A stretch of DNA of 64,000 nt, from the NCBI GenBank assembly GCA_965215185.1, contig OZ244034.1, positions 2,400,001 to 2,464,000 on the forward strand, written 5' to 3'. Origin of the DNA: Acidimicrobiia bacterium (lineage in GTDB: Bacteria > Actinomycetota > Acidimicrobiia > Spongiisociales > ZC4RG35). A program made the translations under genes and the position numbers. Of the stretch, positions 30,821 to 41,096 are shown one piece after another. Under the pieces are notes generated by a model, which was not told the origin of the DNA, did not search any database, and was given only the letters and a program-made list of their open reading frames with translations. How positions within the stretch are numbered: the first letter of the stretch is position 1; each line of letters begins with the position of its first letter.

Positions 30821-32281
30821 TTAATACCCGGCCGCCATTTGGTTGAACTCGTCAATCAGCGGATCGATCCTTTCCCCGGCGCGGCGGATCCTCTCCCAGT
30901 ACTCGTCGTTGTACCACTGGTCCTCCAGTTCGGAGGCGGACTTGCCTTGCTGCTCCACCCAGGTGAAGTACTTGAGGCTGTGGATGCGTCGCCGCTCGGG
31001 GTAATCCAGCTCCGCCATGTGATCGGTGGAGGCGCCCAGAAGGTAACGGTGATAGAGTCCTGCCGCGTCGGCGGCGCTTAACTCCCCATGATCTTCGGTT
31101 AGTTCCACCAGGCGACTGCGGTAGAGATCCATGGAGTCCGTGAGGATGGTGAACACCAGGTCCCTTCGGCCCAACTCGTACCACTTGGCCATCTTGATGG
31201 CCGACAGCAAATTGGCCACCCCCGATATCCCCAGCAGGTCAAGGCTCTCAATGACTTGAGAGGACACTCCCTGACCGGTCAAATATTCCCGGCCGGCCGG
31301 TTCGTTGAAAAGGCGGATCAGTCCCAAGGGGGCGGCGTCATCGATGGCCACCACCATGTCGGTGTTGCGCACATTATGTATCCAGGGAATGTGCTTGTCT
31401 CCGATCCCTTCTATGCGGTGCTCCCCGAAGCCCCCGTGGAGCATGGTGGGGCATTGCAACGCCTCCCCGGCCACGATCCGGCTGCCGGGATACTGCTCCT
31501 TCAAATAGTCACCTGAAGCCAACGTCCCCGAAGAACCGGTGGTGAGGGCAATTCCTGCCAGGCGGTCGCCCGGACCCATGAGTTGCTCCGCCAAATCGCC
31601 GAAGGCCGGACCTGTCACCGAGTAGTGCCACAGGTAGTTTCCGAACTCATCGAATTGGTTGAAGATCACAATATCCCTGCCCGAGCGGCGCAACTCCCAG
31701 CATTTGTCGAAGATCTCTTTGACGTTGCTCTCCGAACCGGGGGTGGCGATGACCTCGTCGGCCACGCTGTCCAGCCATACAAACCGTTCCCTGCTCATCC
31801 CCTCGGGGAGAATTGCGATGGAGCGACAAGACAGGATACGGGAGTCGTATGCCCCCCCACGGCAGTAGTTACCCGTTGATGGCCAAGCCGCCAGTTGGCG
31901 GGTCGGATCGAACTGACCGGTGACCAGGCGCGGCGCCAGACAGCCGAATGCTGCGCCAACCTTGTGAGCGCCGGTTGGGAACCACTTACCTACTATTGCC
32001 ACAATCCGGGCGTCGACGCCGGTCAATTCCGGAGGGAACTCCAGATAATTCAGCCCGCCGAACCCCCCGCCCTGTTCCACCGGGTCATTTCGCCAGGTAA
32101 CCCTGAACAGGTTGGCCGGGTGCAGGTCCCACAAGCCCACTCCCTTGAGTTGTTCTTTGATCGAGTCGGGCGCCGACTCGGGGGAGCGCATCTGGGCGAA
32201 GGTGGGAATCAGTAGCCCCAGTTCAGCGGCTCGGCGAGCGGCCCGTTCCCGTACCTCAGGAACGATGGTCAGATCAATCAT
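30821..32281 (-). CDS. Fold-type II PLP-dependent enzyme (cysteine synthase/TrpB-beta-like)
   Basis: PTGAHKVGA (PLP Lys), STGNY, NQF, GSSGT, HRIEGIG. Confidence 0.85.
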   Translation of the reverse strand: MIDLTIVPEVRERAARRAAELGLLIPTFAQMRSPESAPDSIKEQLKGVGLWDLHPANLFRVTWRNDPVEQGGGFGGLNYLEFPPELTGVDARIVAIVGKWFPTGAHKVGAAFGCLAPRLVTGQFDPTRQLAAWPSTGNYCRGGAYDSRILSCRSIAILPEGMSRERFVWLDSVADEVIATPGSESNVKEIFDKCWELRRSGRDIVIFNQFDEFGNYLWHYSVTGPAFGDLAEQLMGPGDRLAGIALTTGSSGTLASGDYLKEQYPGSRIVAGEALQCPTMLHGGFGEHRIEGIGDKHIPWIHNVRNTDMVVAIDDAAPLGLIRLFNEPAGREYLTGQGVSSQVIESLDLLGISGVANLLSAIKMAKWYELGRRDLVFTILTDSMDLYRSRLVELTEDHGELSAADAAGLYHRYLLGASTDHMAELDYPERRRIHSLKYFTWVEQQGKSASELEDQWYNDEYWERIRRAGERIDPLIDEFNQMAAGY

Positions 32282-32355
32282 GGCGCTTTACCTTTTGTAC
32301 AACGTTTTTGGAAAGCTTAGCCACCAGCAGCGGGCTTTAGGAATCCCCTGCCCCT

Positions 32356-33630
32356 TTATCCGCCCAGGAAATGGCTGGACAACCGTTCAGCCAGGGCTTC
32401 TATCTCGGGGTCAACAGTGAGCGGACCCTCGCCGCTTTCGGTCACCGCCCGCATGGCGGCGTCGATGTCCTTGAGACCGCTACCGGTGCTGATCACCACC
32501 ACGCGTTCTCCCTCCTCCACCAAGCCCTCCCAGCGCGCCACCCTCAGTCCCGCCATAGCAGCCGCCGCCGCCGGTTCGGCGAACACGCCCATGCGCTGAC
32601 CCATGGTGACCATCGCCGACAGTATCTGTTCATCGGAGACCTCCACGAATGCGCCCCCCGTCTCGGTCACCGCCGCCATTGCCTTGAAACGGTCCCGGGG
32701 AAGATCGGCAGAGATGCTGTCGGCCACGGTCTTTGCTCGAATCGGTGGCTTGGTGTTGAGATCTTCGCCTCTCTTCCAAGCTTCGAACATATAAGCGCTC
32801 CCCGCCGCCTGGGCCCCGATCAGCCTGGGAACACGGTCGATCCATCCCAGTCTGAGAAGGTCCAAGAAACCTTTGTGTACGCCGCCGATGATGCATCCGT
32901 CCCCCACGCTCACCACCACCACATCAGGGACCTGATGGCCCAACTGTTCCCATATCTCATACGAGACGGTTTTCTTCCCCTCAGTCATATAGGGGTTGTA
33001 GCCGGTGTTGCGGTTGTACCAGCCGTATTCGCCGGAGGCCCACAGGCAGAGGTCGAAGGCCTGGTGATAGGAGCCATTCACGAGAGCCACAGTGGCGCCG
33101 AAGGAGAGCAGCTGGGCCACTTTCGGCTGGGGGGCGGTAGCTGGCACGAAGATGACGCTGGGAATCTCGGCAGCGGCACATAGGGCGGCCAAGGCTGCCC
33201 CGGCGTTTCCGGTGCTGGCGGCGGTGATAATGCTTGCCCCCTTTTCCTTGGCCTTGAGAACCGCCAAGGCCGATGCCCGATCTTTGAGAGAGGCCGTGGG
33301 CTGACGTCCCTCGTCTTTCACCCACAGCCGGACCTTCAAACCCCGTTCCAACACTCTTCCCCGCAGCAGAGGAGTGCCGCCCACCTGCAGGGGAGGGGGA
33401 TCGGCATCGGGAGAAACCGGAAGGAGTTGGCGATACCGCCAGATCGACCGGTCGGGATCGGAGGCAATCTGGTCGGGGCTGGTCAACCCGGCCAGGTACT
33501 CATAGTCGTACACAACCGACAGGGTGGCCGCTCCGCCGTGGTGGGGGCAAACATAGTCCACTTCCTCGGTTGAATAGAGTCGCCCGCACAGCAGGCAGGA
33601 AAGCCCAAGGACGGAACGGGTGGGTCGCAT
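32356..33630 (-). CDS. Threonine synthase-like PLP enzyme
   Basis: N-terminal CxxC, PTASLKDR, ASTGNA, EGKKT, VGDG, AEPA, TGSGLKD; GGAGG RBS. Confidence 0.88.
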   Translation of the reverse strand: MRPTRSVLGLSCLLCGRLYSTEEVDYVCPHHGGAATLSVVYDYEYLAGLTSPDQIASDPDRSIWRYRQLLPVSPDADPPPLQVGGTPLLRGRVLERGLKVRLWVKDEGRQPTASLKDRASALAVLKAKEKGASIITAASTGNAGAALAALCAAAEIPSVIFVPATAPQPKVAQLLSFGATVALVNGSYHQAFDLCLWASGEYGWYNRNTGYNPYMTEGKKTVSYEIWEQLGHQVPDVVVVSVGDGCIIGGVHKGFLDLLRLGWIDRVPRLIGAQAAGSAYMFEAWKRGEDLNTKPPIRAKTVADSISADLPRDRFKAMAAVTETGGAFVEVSDEQILSAMVTMGQRMGVFAEPAAAAAMAGLRVARWEGLVEEGERVVVISTGSGLKDIDAAMRAVTESGEGPLTVDPEIEALAERLSSHFLGG

Positions 33631-33682
33631 CGGCAATACCTCCAAGACGCCGTACCGGGCCAGAGGAAAGATCCTCTGTTGA

Positions 33683-33698
33683 GGTGACTTGCGTCACC
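33683..33698. promoter_or_regulatory. CRP/FNR-like palindrome upstream of the PLP-deaminase-XDH operon
   Basis: GGTGA-CTTGCG-TCACC (GTGA-N6-TCAC), directly after a minus-strand TATATT/TATTAT -10 candidate. Confidence 0.45.
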
Positions 33699-33767
33699 CG
33701 ATAATATATCCGGCCCCTCTAACCCCTTGAACCCAATCCTGATCCGGCGGGTAACATGCAAGTTTGG

Positions 33768-33844
33768 CGGGACGTGGCGCAGTATGGCAGCGCGCAGCGT
33801 TCGGGACGCTGAGGTCGCCGGTTCAAATCCGGCCGTCCCGACCA
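33768..33844 (+). tRNA. tRNA-Pro(CGG)
   Basis: Acceptor CGGGACG/CGTCCCG, D arm GCGC, anticodon arm CAGCG-TTCGGGA-CGCTG, T arm GCCGG-TTCAAAT-CCGGC, encoded CCA. Confidence 0.97.
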
Positions 33845-33862
33845 ATCAGGGTGAATACCAGC

Positions 33863-35173
33863 CTAGGAAGAGTTCTGTGGATGGTCGGTTGCGGGGTCGA
33901 CCCATACTGCCAGACGCGAGATGCGCAAACGATCCATGGACAGCACTCGGAAAGTGACCCCATCCACCACGGTGCTGTCATCGGGGCGGGGGATCTTGCC
34001 CGACAGATAGAGGTACAGCCCCGCCACTGTGTCATAGGGGCCGGAAGGAAGCTCCCGGCCGATCATCTCGGCCAACTCTTCCACTTGCAGCCGGCCCTCC
34101 ACCATCCATCGACCGGGACCGGAGGGAAAGGCGATGGGAGCGTCAGGGTCGTGTTCATCCTGGATCCCTCCCACCAACTCGGAGACCAGGTCTTTGGCTG
34201 TAACCACCCCTTCCACCCCACCGTGCTCGTCGATCACCACCGCCAGACTGATCCGATTGCGCCGCATGACCATCACCGTGGAAAGGATCGGAAAGCTCTC
34301 GGGTATCACCAGTGGATCGCGGATCAGTTTTCCGGGGGCGATGGTCTCCGTGGCGGCGGGAGCCTCGTATCGCAACCAGTCCTTCACGTAGAGAACCCCC
34401 ACCAGATCATCGAGATCGCCTCCCGATCTAACCACCGGGTATCGGGAGTGGCCGGTCTGAGCCACCGCCTTCCGGATCTGTTCGAAATCAACCGGCGCCT
34501 CCAGGGAAATAACTTCCAAACGGGGTGTCATAACTTCCCGTACCGGGCGATCAGCCAATTCGAATAATTTCTCGATGATCTCCTGCTCGGCGACGTCGAT
34601 CTCTCCGGCCTCGGCGCTGAGTCCCGCCAAAGCCCGAATGTCCTCCTCGGTGGCGGGACTGAATGGCTCAGAGCGCACTCCTATCAGCCGCAGAACCACG
34701 GTGCTCACCGCCGAAAAGATCCGAGCAATCGGGCCAAGCCCTCGGGAGACCGCCCACAAGGTGGGCGCCACCCTCGACGCAAATTTCTCGGGGTGCCGGG
34801 AGGCAATGGTCTTGGGGGTGATCTCCCCAACCACCAAAATGATCGAAGTGAGCACCCCGGTGGCCAACCACGGTCCCCAGGCTTCTCCTGACTGAGGGTC
34901 GCTCACCGCCGTTATCAGGTCCACCGCCAAGATCGTGGCCAAAGAGGCGGCAAGGATGTTGACAAAGTTGTTGGCCACCAACAGCATGGCCAGGGTCTTC
35001 TCCAGTCTTTGGACCAAAAGCGCCACCTTTTCTCCCCTCCGGCCCTCCCTGGCCAATTGTGGAATTCGCTCGCGTGGCAAGGACAGGAGCGCTGTCTCAG
35101 AGCCGGAAAAAAACCCAGAGGCCACGATGCACAGGATGATTCCCGCCACCGCTGCAATCTGAAAGGAGGTCAC
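33863..35173 (-). CDS. Hemolysin/CNNM family protein (DUF21-CBS-CorC)
   Basis: FFSGSETA, GEITPK, VMTPR, HSRYPV, VIDEHGG; GTGA-coupled to upstream gene. Confidence 0.92.
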   Translation of the reverse strand: MTSFQIAAVAGIILCIVASGFFSGSETALLSLPRERIPQLAREGRRGEKVALLVQRLEKTLAMLLVANNFVNILAASLATILAVDLITAVSDPQSGEAWGPWLATGVLTSIILVVGEITPKTIASRHPEKFASRVAPTLWAVSRGLGPIARIFSAVSTVVLRLIGVRSEPFSPATEEDIRALAGLSAEAGEIDVAEQEIIEKLFELADRPVREVMTPRLEVISLEAPVDFEQIRKAVAQTGHSRYPVVRSGGDLDDLVGVLYVKDWLRYEAPAATETIAPGKLIRDPLVIPESFPILSTVMVMRRNRISLAVVIDEHGGVEGVVTAKDLVSELVGGIQDEHDPDAPIAFPSGPGRWMVEGRLQVEELAEMIGRELPSGPYDTVAGLYLYLSGKIPRPDDSTVVDGVTFRVLSMDRLRISRLAVWVDPATDHPQNSS

Positions 35174-35574
35174 GAACCTGGTTGGGACCCCGTCCCGGGA
35201 GAGTGCAGTTTGCCCACGCCGTCCAGAGCCGAGCGAAGTTGATGGGCGGTGAAGGGCTTCAACACCCAATCCGCCGCCCCCGCTCGGCGAGCCAGGAAGG
35301 CATCAGCAGAACGATCCAATAGCAGTATGACCGGCAAGGGCGAAACGGAGCGTGTGGCCCTTGCTTCCCGGATCGCCCTGCACAAAGCCATGCCTCCCAT
35401 ATTTCCCACCTGCATGTCCACCACCACTATCGACCCCGTCTCAACGGCGCCTATCCGCTGGATTGCCTCATGGGGATCATCGATAACGGCTATCTCATGA
35501 CGGGTATCATCGGTGGCCGACAATACGTCGTTGCGAACCCAGGGGGCCTCGGCAACGAGAAAGATGCTGGTCAT
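35170..35574 (-). CDS. Stand-alone (atypical) response regulator receiver domain
   Basis: VVDMQ, GMALC, LPVILL, GAADWVLKPF. Confidence 0.8.
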   Translation of the reverse strand: MTSIFLVAEAPWVRNDVLSATDDTRHEIAVIDDPHEAIQRIGAVETGSIVVVDMQVGNMGGMALCRAIREARATRSVSPLPVILLLDRSADAFLARRAGAADWVLKPFTAHQLRSALDGVGKLHSPGTGSQPGS

Positions 35575-35646
35575 TTCAAACAACAAGGGTACCGGTCCCA
35601 AGCTATCTCCGTTTCCGCGAAACCGGTCTGTGCCAGGACTGCGGCG

Positions 35647-36972
35647 TTGATCAGTAGAAACCGTTTGCGAGCCGTCAGCCTCTTCTTCGGAATAGCGGCG
35701 ATAGTCTGGGCCCTTCTCACACCTGTCGGATTGACGGCGGCCAAAGCCCTACCGACCACTATCGAGTTGGTGGCTGTGGAAGGCGCCGTTCACAATGCAA
35801 CAGTCCACTTCATTCTTAATGCCATAGATGATGCCGCCCGAACCCGGTGGCCGGGCCACGAGTCCTTGGGAAAAGTAGAACTTGTGATTCTGATGATCGA
35901 CTCTCCGGGGGTGGTGGCCGACCCCGAACTGTTCGCCGACCTTGTGGAGGTGGTCCGCCACCCGCCCCTCCCTCTGGGGGTGTGGGTAGGGCCTGCTCCG
36001 GCGGTGGCCTACGGCGGGGTGGCCCAACTGGTTTCCTTGGCCCCTATCCGTTCCGCCGCGCCCGGAGTAGAGATAGGCCACTGGCAGCCCACCCTGGTCG
36101 GCGAGACAGACGGCGCCACTTTGTTGGAGGGCGCCTATGCAGCGAATGCCGGAGTCTTACAGGTAGACGGTCCTATTCCGGGACTCATCGATCTGTCTTC
36201 GGCCGATACGGCATCACCCCGGCAACTGTTGCAACTGCTCAACGGGACCAGCTTCGACCTTGATAGAGAGACCATCAATCTGACAACCACTCGACCCTTC
36301 GTCGGTGAGGACGGAGAGGAAGGCGTAACGGTCCTGGAGACCGTGCTCCGCCGCCCGGGCCTGTGGACCCAGTTGGTCGGATTGTCCACCCGCCCCGAAG
36401 TTGCCTTCTTTTTCCTGATGGCCGGGCTGACAATCGCGGTTTTCGAGTTCTATGCGGTGGGCCCCGGGGTAGCCGCGGTGATAGCCGCCATCTCGCTCGG
36501 CCTCGGCGCCTATGGTCCGGCTTCCCTTCCCATTCGATGGTGGGCACTGGCCCTCATGCTGGCGGGGGTGGGACTGCTTGCCTTCTCTTATCAGCGAGGA
36601 GGAGTCCTGCTCCTGTCAACGACCGGAATGGCCGCGGTAGCCTCTTCGGGTCTCTTCCTGTTCGACGCCGCTCCTCAGATCACCTTGGGTTGGGCAGGAT
36701 GGGCGCTCACCGTGGCGGCGGTGGCTTTTTTCTTCCTGCTGGCTATGCCGACCGTGGCCCGGGTCCGGTTCAGTTCACCTGTTATAGGAAGAGAGGAACT
36801 GGTGGGCGAGATAGGACAGGCGATCAATGATCTCACTCCGGACGGGGTTGTGGAAGTGGGCGGCGGAAGGTGGAAAGCCACGTCTCAACGCGCCGCCGCC
36901 CTGCGCGCCGGGGACCAGATAAGGGTTGCGGGGGTACATGGAGATACACTGGAAGTAACCCCTGTCGATTGA
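35647..36972 (+). CDS. NfeD family membrane protein (start uncertain)
   Basis: ClpP-like N-domain (IDSPG), TM bundle, C-terminal OB fold (GEIG...LTPDGVV...WKA). Confidence 0.82.
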   Translation: MISRNRLRAVSLFFGIAAIVWALLTPVGLTAAKALPTTIELVAVEGAVHNATVHFILNAIDDAARTRWPGHESLGKVELVILMIDSPGVVADPELFADLVEVVRHPPLPLGVWVGPAPAVAYGGVAQLVSLAPIRSAAPGVEIGHWQPTLVGETDGATLLEGAYAANAGVLQVDGPIPGLIDLSSADTASPRQLLQLLNGTSFDLDRETINLTTTRPFVGEDGEEGVTVLETVLRRPGLWTQLVGLSTRPEVAFFFLMAGLTIAVFEFYAVGPGVAAVIAAISLGLGAYGPASLPIRWWALALMLAGVGLLAFSYQRGGVLLLSTTGMAAVASSGLFLFDAAPQITLGWAGWALTVAAVAFFFLLAMPTVARVRFSSPVIGREELVGEIGQAINDLTPDGVVEVGGGRWKATSQRAAALRAGDQIRVAGVHGDTLEVTPVD

Positions 36973-37049
36973 GGAGTGGAAAGATTTTCCTTGACATCCC
37001 GCCGAGACCGTTCTATTTTTAGGCAATCGGAAGCGGACGGAGGTCCCCC

Positions 37050-37310
37050 ATGGCTGGCATGAATACCAACTGGCAAAGACAGGCTCTGTGCAAAGGAGTC
37101 AGATCAAGTCTCTTCTTTCCACCAAGCACCTCGGAGAAAAAGGACGAAAAGGGGCGGCGGGAAAACCGCGCCAAAGCAATATGCGGGCGATGTAGGGTGG
37201 TAAACCCCTGTCGGCAGTACGCGTTAACCCTCAAAGAGCCCTACGGCATATGGGGGGGTTTGAACGAGTCCGAACGCAACCTACTCCTTGTCCGGGCCGC
37301 CGCCAGCTAG
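37050..37310 (+). CDS. WhiB family Fe-S transcriptional regulator (WhiB3-like)
   Basis: WQ..ALC, LFF, AKAICGRC...C, EPYGIWGG. Confidence 0.95.
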   Translation: MAGMNTNWQRQALCKGVRSSLFFPPSTSEKKDEKGRRENRAKAICGRCRVVNPCRQYALTLKEPYGIWGGLNESERNLLLVRAAAS

Positions 37311-37418
37311 AGAAACATTGCTCTGTTTCGCCTCCTTTAGGGACTGAACAAACGACAATTCTTGCCTCGGCTCTTCTCGGATAACATGACGTGGTGACGA
37401 TAGACAGGAGTACCTCTG

Positions 37419-37826
37419 ATGCTTTCTTTCAATGATTTGAACTGGTTGGCCATTCTGGTGGCCGCGGTGGCCTTTTTCGCATTGGGTGCCTTGTGGTACC
37501 AGCCGAAGGTGATGGGGAACAAGTGGATGAAGGCCGCCGGGGTGGATCCTTCTGAGGCTTCGCCAAATCCCTGGATCTTCGTGGGGACCCTGATCGCCTA
37601 CTTCCTGATGGCGATGGTTCTCGCCTTGATCGCCCAAGGTATCGGAGCATCTTCGGTCGGCGACGGGTTAGTGCTTGGGCTGTTCACCGGCATGGTGTTC
37701 GTAGGCGCCCAGGCATGGGTCAACGCCACCTACGAGGGCAGATCACTGGATCTGGTGCTGGTGAATGGGGGAGTCGGCGTTCTCGGCCACGTGATCATGG
37801 GAATCATTGTCTCAGTGTGGACATGA
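37419..37826 (+). CDS. DUF1761-like membrane protein
   Basis: NWLAILVAA, GALWY..P..G..W, 4 TM; AGGAG RBS. Confidence 0.8.
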   Translation: MLSFNDLNWLAILVAAVAFFALGALWYQPKVMGNKWMKAAGVDPSEASPNPWIFVGTLIAYFLMAMVLALIAQGIGASSVGDGLVLGLFTGMVFVGAQAWVNATYEGRSLDLVLVNGGVGVLGHVIMGIIVSVWT

Positions 37827-37909
37827 GCCCCTCCCCGAACGGATAGGCATCGGCAGAGATTGAAGCCGTCCGCCCCAATCGGTGAGCTGCAAGCAAGCGC
37901 ATGAATCCT

Positions 37910-39694
37910 CTAGGAAACCAGATAACGGAGATCTCCCCGACGGCGGGTTATCCCTTGTTTGTCCGTCCACTCCATGAATGGGACTGCATACTTGCGTGAC
38001 AGCCCCGCCGCCGCCCGGAAGGCGCTGACGGTAAAGGGCTGCTCCAAATCCCCGGCGGTACGAAGCAACCCTTCCACCTGTTCGGGCAAATAGCAGATCG
38101 AAGAACTGATCCTCACCAATAGACCGGTTCGCACGAGGGCATGCGCCAAGTCTTCGTCCAGACCGAGTTCCACCGGCGAGGGCGTCAGCAGTCCTCCCTC
38201 CGTAAGTTGCCGGTGCGCCGTGACCCAGTCCGGCGCTTGGGCAGGGTCAAGGTCCGTGCGTGCCTCCGGGTCCCTAATCACCGTCCCCTCCACCCGCAAA
38301 CGAGGATGCGAATCCACCAGCTTCATCAAGAGGGCCTGTTCGATCCCCAACGCCGAGGCGACTAGGGCGGCAGGCATCCCCATTCGGTAGGGGCGCTCCC
38401 GCTGATAACGCCTTATGGCTTCTTCGAGTTGGGCGGTGATCGACTGGGCCGCTTCCTCGGACACAGCCATCCCCTCCGCCGTTACGGACCTGTTCGGAAC
38501 ACCTCCTCGGGTGTGGGCCGCCAGCGCGGCAAGGGATGCCATTCCTCGCGCCACCAACAACCCATCGGCCTGCTCCACGGACGAAACCCCGGTCAAGGTC
38601 CGTAAGAGCTGTCCGTGCCGACGCCGCCGGGCGAAGGAATCGGGAGGGGAGGGATCTATCACCCGGCCACCACCCACCACCATCCGTCGTCCTGTCTCCC
38701 GCAGCACAAACCGGTCCCCCATTGCCAGGCAAAGGGGCGTGGCCAGCTGTAGATGCACCAACACCGAGCCGGGCCCCTTCTCCAAAGGGGTGAACCGCAC
38801 CGGCCAGGCCCCGCTCCCCACATGAAGGTGATAGGCTCCCCGGGCAGATAATCCCTTTACGTACCGGGCGGGGCGCACTACGGCCAGCACCGAGTCGGTG
38901 CTGTGCCATTGCTCGGGAGAAGTTAACATGCTTCCCCTTTCCGGGGTATGGCGACCCAGCCCGGCCAGGTTTGCTGCCACTCGCCAACCAGGGCCCACCT
39001 GCTTTAGGGCTTGTCCATGAGATTCCAGCCCTCTGATGCGAGCCGCGGCCCGGCCCGGCCAGATCTCCACCCGATCTCCCACCGCCAGTTCACCGTCTAG
39101 CAGGGTGCCGGTAACCACCGTTCCCGCGCCCTTGATAGTGAAGGCGCGGTCGATCCATAGCCGGGGCCTATCCCGGTCCTCCGGGATGTACCCCATCAGC
39201 GCCTCCTCCAAACCCTGGGCCACCTCCGTCAGCCCTATGCCCTGCACCGCGGACACCCGGATCACCGGCCATCGATCGGCAACGGTCCCCGACATCTGTT
39301 CGGCAATGTCCATCTCCACCAGGGAAGCCAGCTCTTCATCCACCAGATCGACCTTGGTGAGCGCCACCACCCCCCGGGAGACTTCCAGCAAATCGAGGAC
39401 CGCCAGATGCTCCTCGGACTGAGGCATCCAACTCTCGTTGGCCGCCACCAAGAACAATGCGACATCGATAGCCTCGATCCCGGCCAGCATATTTTTTATA
39501 AACCGCTCATGGCCGGGCACATCCACAAAGGAAACTTTCCGGCCGCCGGGGAGATCGGCCCACGCAAAACCCAAATCGATGGTGAGGCCGCGGCGACGCT
39601 CTTCGGCCCAGCGGTCAGGGTTGATGCCGGTGAGGGCGGCTATAAGTGTGGACTTGCCATGGTCAACGTGACCGGCTGTCCCGATTACCGGCAT
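37910..39694 (-). CDS. selB: Selenocysteine-specific elongation factor
   Basis: GTAGHVDHGKS, RGLTIDLGFA, DVPGHE, C-terminal SRKYAVP...RRGDLR. Confidence 0.96.
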   Translation of the reverse strand: MPVIGTAGHVDHGKSTLIAALTGINPDRWAEERRRGLTIDLGFAWADLPGGRKVSFVDVPGHERFIKNMLAGIEAIDVALFLVAANESWMPQSEEHLAVLDLLEVSRGVVALTKVDLVDEELASLVEMDIAEQMSGTVADRWPVIRVSAVQGIGLTEVAQGLEEALMGYIPEDRDRPRLWIDRAFTIKGAGTVVTGTLLDGELAVGDRVEIWPGRAAARIRGLESHGQALKQVGPGWRVAANLAGLGRHTPERGSMLTSPEQWHSTDSVLAVVRPARYVKGLSARGAYHLHVGSGAWPVRFTPLEKGPGSVLVHLQLATPLCLAMGDRFVLRETGRRMVVGGGRVIDPSPPDSFARRRRHGQLLRTLTGVSSVEQADGLLVARGMASLAALAAHTRGGVPNRSVTAEGMAVSEEAAQSITAQLEEAIRRYQRERPYRMGMPAALVASALGIEQALLMKLVDSHPRLRVEGTVIRDPEARTDLDPAQAPDWVTAHRQLTEGGLLTPSPVELGLDEDLAHALVRTGLLVRISSSICYLPEQVEGLLRTAGDLEQPFTVSAFRAAAGLSRKYAVPFMEWTDKQGITRRRGDLRYLVS

Positions 39695-41013
39695 GCCACC
39701 CGAAGGGCTGTCGCCAATGCCTGGTCATCGCTGGGAGAAACGGTGCGCAAATCTACTTTCAACCGACCTCGCTCCCGACGGGCAACCACCGGAGGATCCG
39801 ACCTCAGCAACCGCCCAAAAGCCCGGTCGGCGCGCCCTTCGATCGCCATCACCGGACCGGATATTACTGCCCCGGGAACACTCCCCGCCCCGGGTGTGGC
39901 CGCCCCTTCTTCGATAACAGCCACTATCCCTGCGACTTCGATCACATGTCCAATTCGTTTCTCCAGGACCGTTCGATCCAAACCAGCCATCTTCCAAAAG
40001 GGAACCTGTTCCGCCCGACCGTCAGCGTACGCTTCGGCAGTGGACACCAGGGCGGCAGCGGTTGGACCGTCGATGCGCAGAGCGCGGGCCGCCGGATGCC
40101 GCCGAAGCCGGGACACCAGTTCCGCCCGTCCGACGATGATTCCCGCCTGTGGCCCGCCGAACAGCTTGTCGCCGGAGAACAGCACCAGGTCCGCCCCCGC
40201 TTCCAGGCTCTGAATCACTCCCGGCTCTCCCGCCAACCAAGAAGGGGGCGGCCCCGACCACCAGGGAACCCGCTCGTCGATCAAGCCACTCCCCGCATCG
40301 AAAACCAGTGGCGCCTCCACCGACGCGGCCAACGAGGAAAGCTCCTCCAACGTCGCTTCCTCCGAAAACCCGACTATCCGGTAATTAGAGGGGTGGACCT
40401 TCAGCAACAGTGCCGTGTCGGGACCAAGCGCCCGTCGGTAGTCGTCAGAACGAGTGCGGTTGGTGGTACCCACCTCCACCAGTTCGGCGCCCGAAGCCTC
40501 CATCAACTCCGGAAGTCGATAAGAACCCCCTATCTCAATCAACTCCGAGCGGGAGACCGGGACCTCTTTCCCTGCAGCCAGGGCCATCAGGGTCAGGAGC
40601 AGGGCGCCGGCATTGTTGTTCACCACCAGGGCCGCCTCAGCCCCGGTTATCAAGGTCATCAGCCGATGCAAATACCCAGACCGCCCTCCCCGATCACCCT
40701 GAGTGAGATCCAACTCCGTATTGGAATAGCCGGCCGCCACTTCCCGCCCCATATCCACGGAACCCGAATGCCACGGAGCGCGGCCCAGGTTGGTATGGAG
40801 CAATACCCCCGTGGCGTTGATAACCCGAACCGGGCGACTGCGTTTCACATCGGCCAAGACGCGTCCCGCATCGTCTTCGGTCCACACCTCTCCGTGCTCA
40901 CGAGCGCTGGCTATTGCCTGTCTCATCACCTGGACAACCAGACTGCGAGGCAGGGATCCGTCGTACAGAGAACCGGCCAACCGGTCTACGGATGGGAACC
41001 TTTTCTTCTCCAT
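39685..41013 (-). CDS. selA: L-seryl-tRNA(Sec) selenium transferase
   Basis: VINATGVLLHTNLGRA, VNNNA, EVGTTNRT, FSGDKL.GGPQ. Confidence 0.96.
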   Translation of the reverse strand: MEKKRFPSVDRLAGSLYDGSLPRSLVVQVMRQAIASAREHGEVWTEDDAGRVLADVKRSRPVRVINATGVLLHTNLGRAPWHSGSVDMGREVAAGYSNTELDLTQGDRGGRSGYLHRLMTLITGAEAALVVNNNAGALLLTLMALAAGKEVPVSRSELIEIGGSYRLPELMEASGAELVEVGTTNRTRSDDYRRALGPDTALLLKVHPSNYRIVGFSEEATLEELSSLAASVEAPLVFDAGSGLIDERVPWWSGPPPSWLAGEPGVIQSLEAGADLVLFSGDKLFGGPQAGIIVGRAELVSRLRRHPAARALRIDGPTAAALVSTAEAYADGRAEQVPFWKMAGLDRTVLEKRIGHVIEVAGIVAVIEEGAATPGAGSVPGAVISGPVMAIEGRADRAFGRLLRSDPPVVARRERGRLKVDLRTVSPSDDQALATALRVACR

Positions 41014-41096
41014 GTCGTGGAAGGCTACCGAGCCCCGGTTTCCCCGGCCTGAAAGGGGATATCGCTACCTCGTTAAGAGGGGTATCGTTAGATCCG

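Noticed and set aside
33768-33862. tRNA-Pro as an integration site for an island
   Set aside because: No integrase and no duplicated tRNA 3' end seen in the window.
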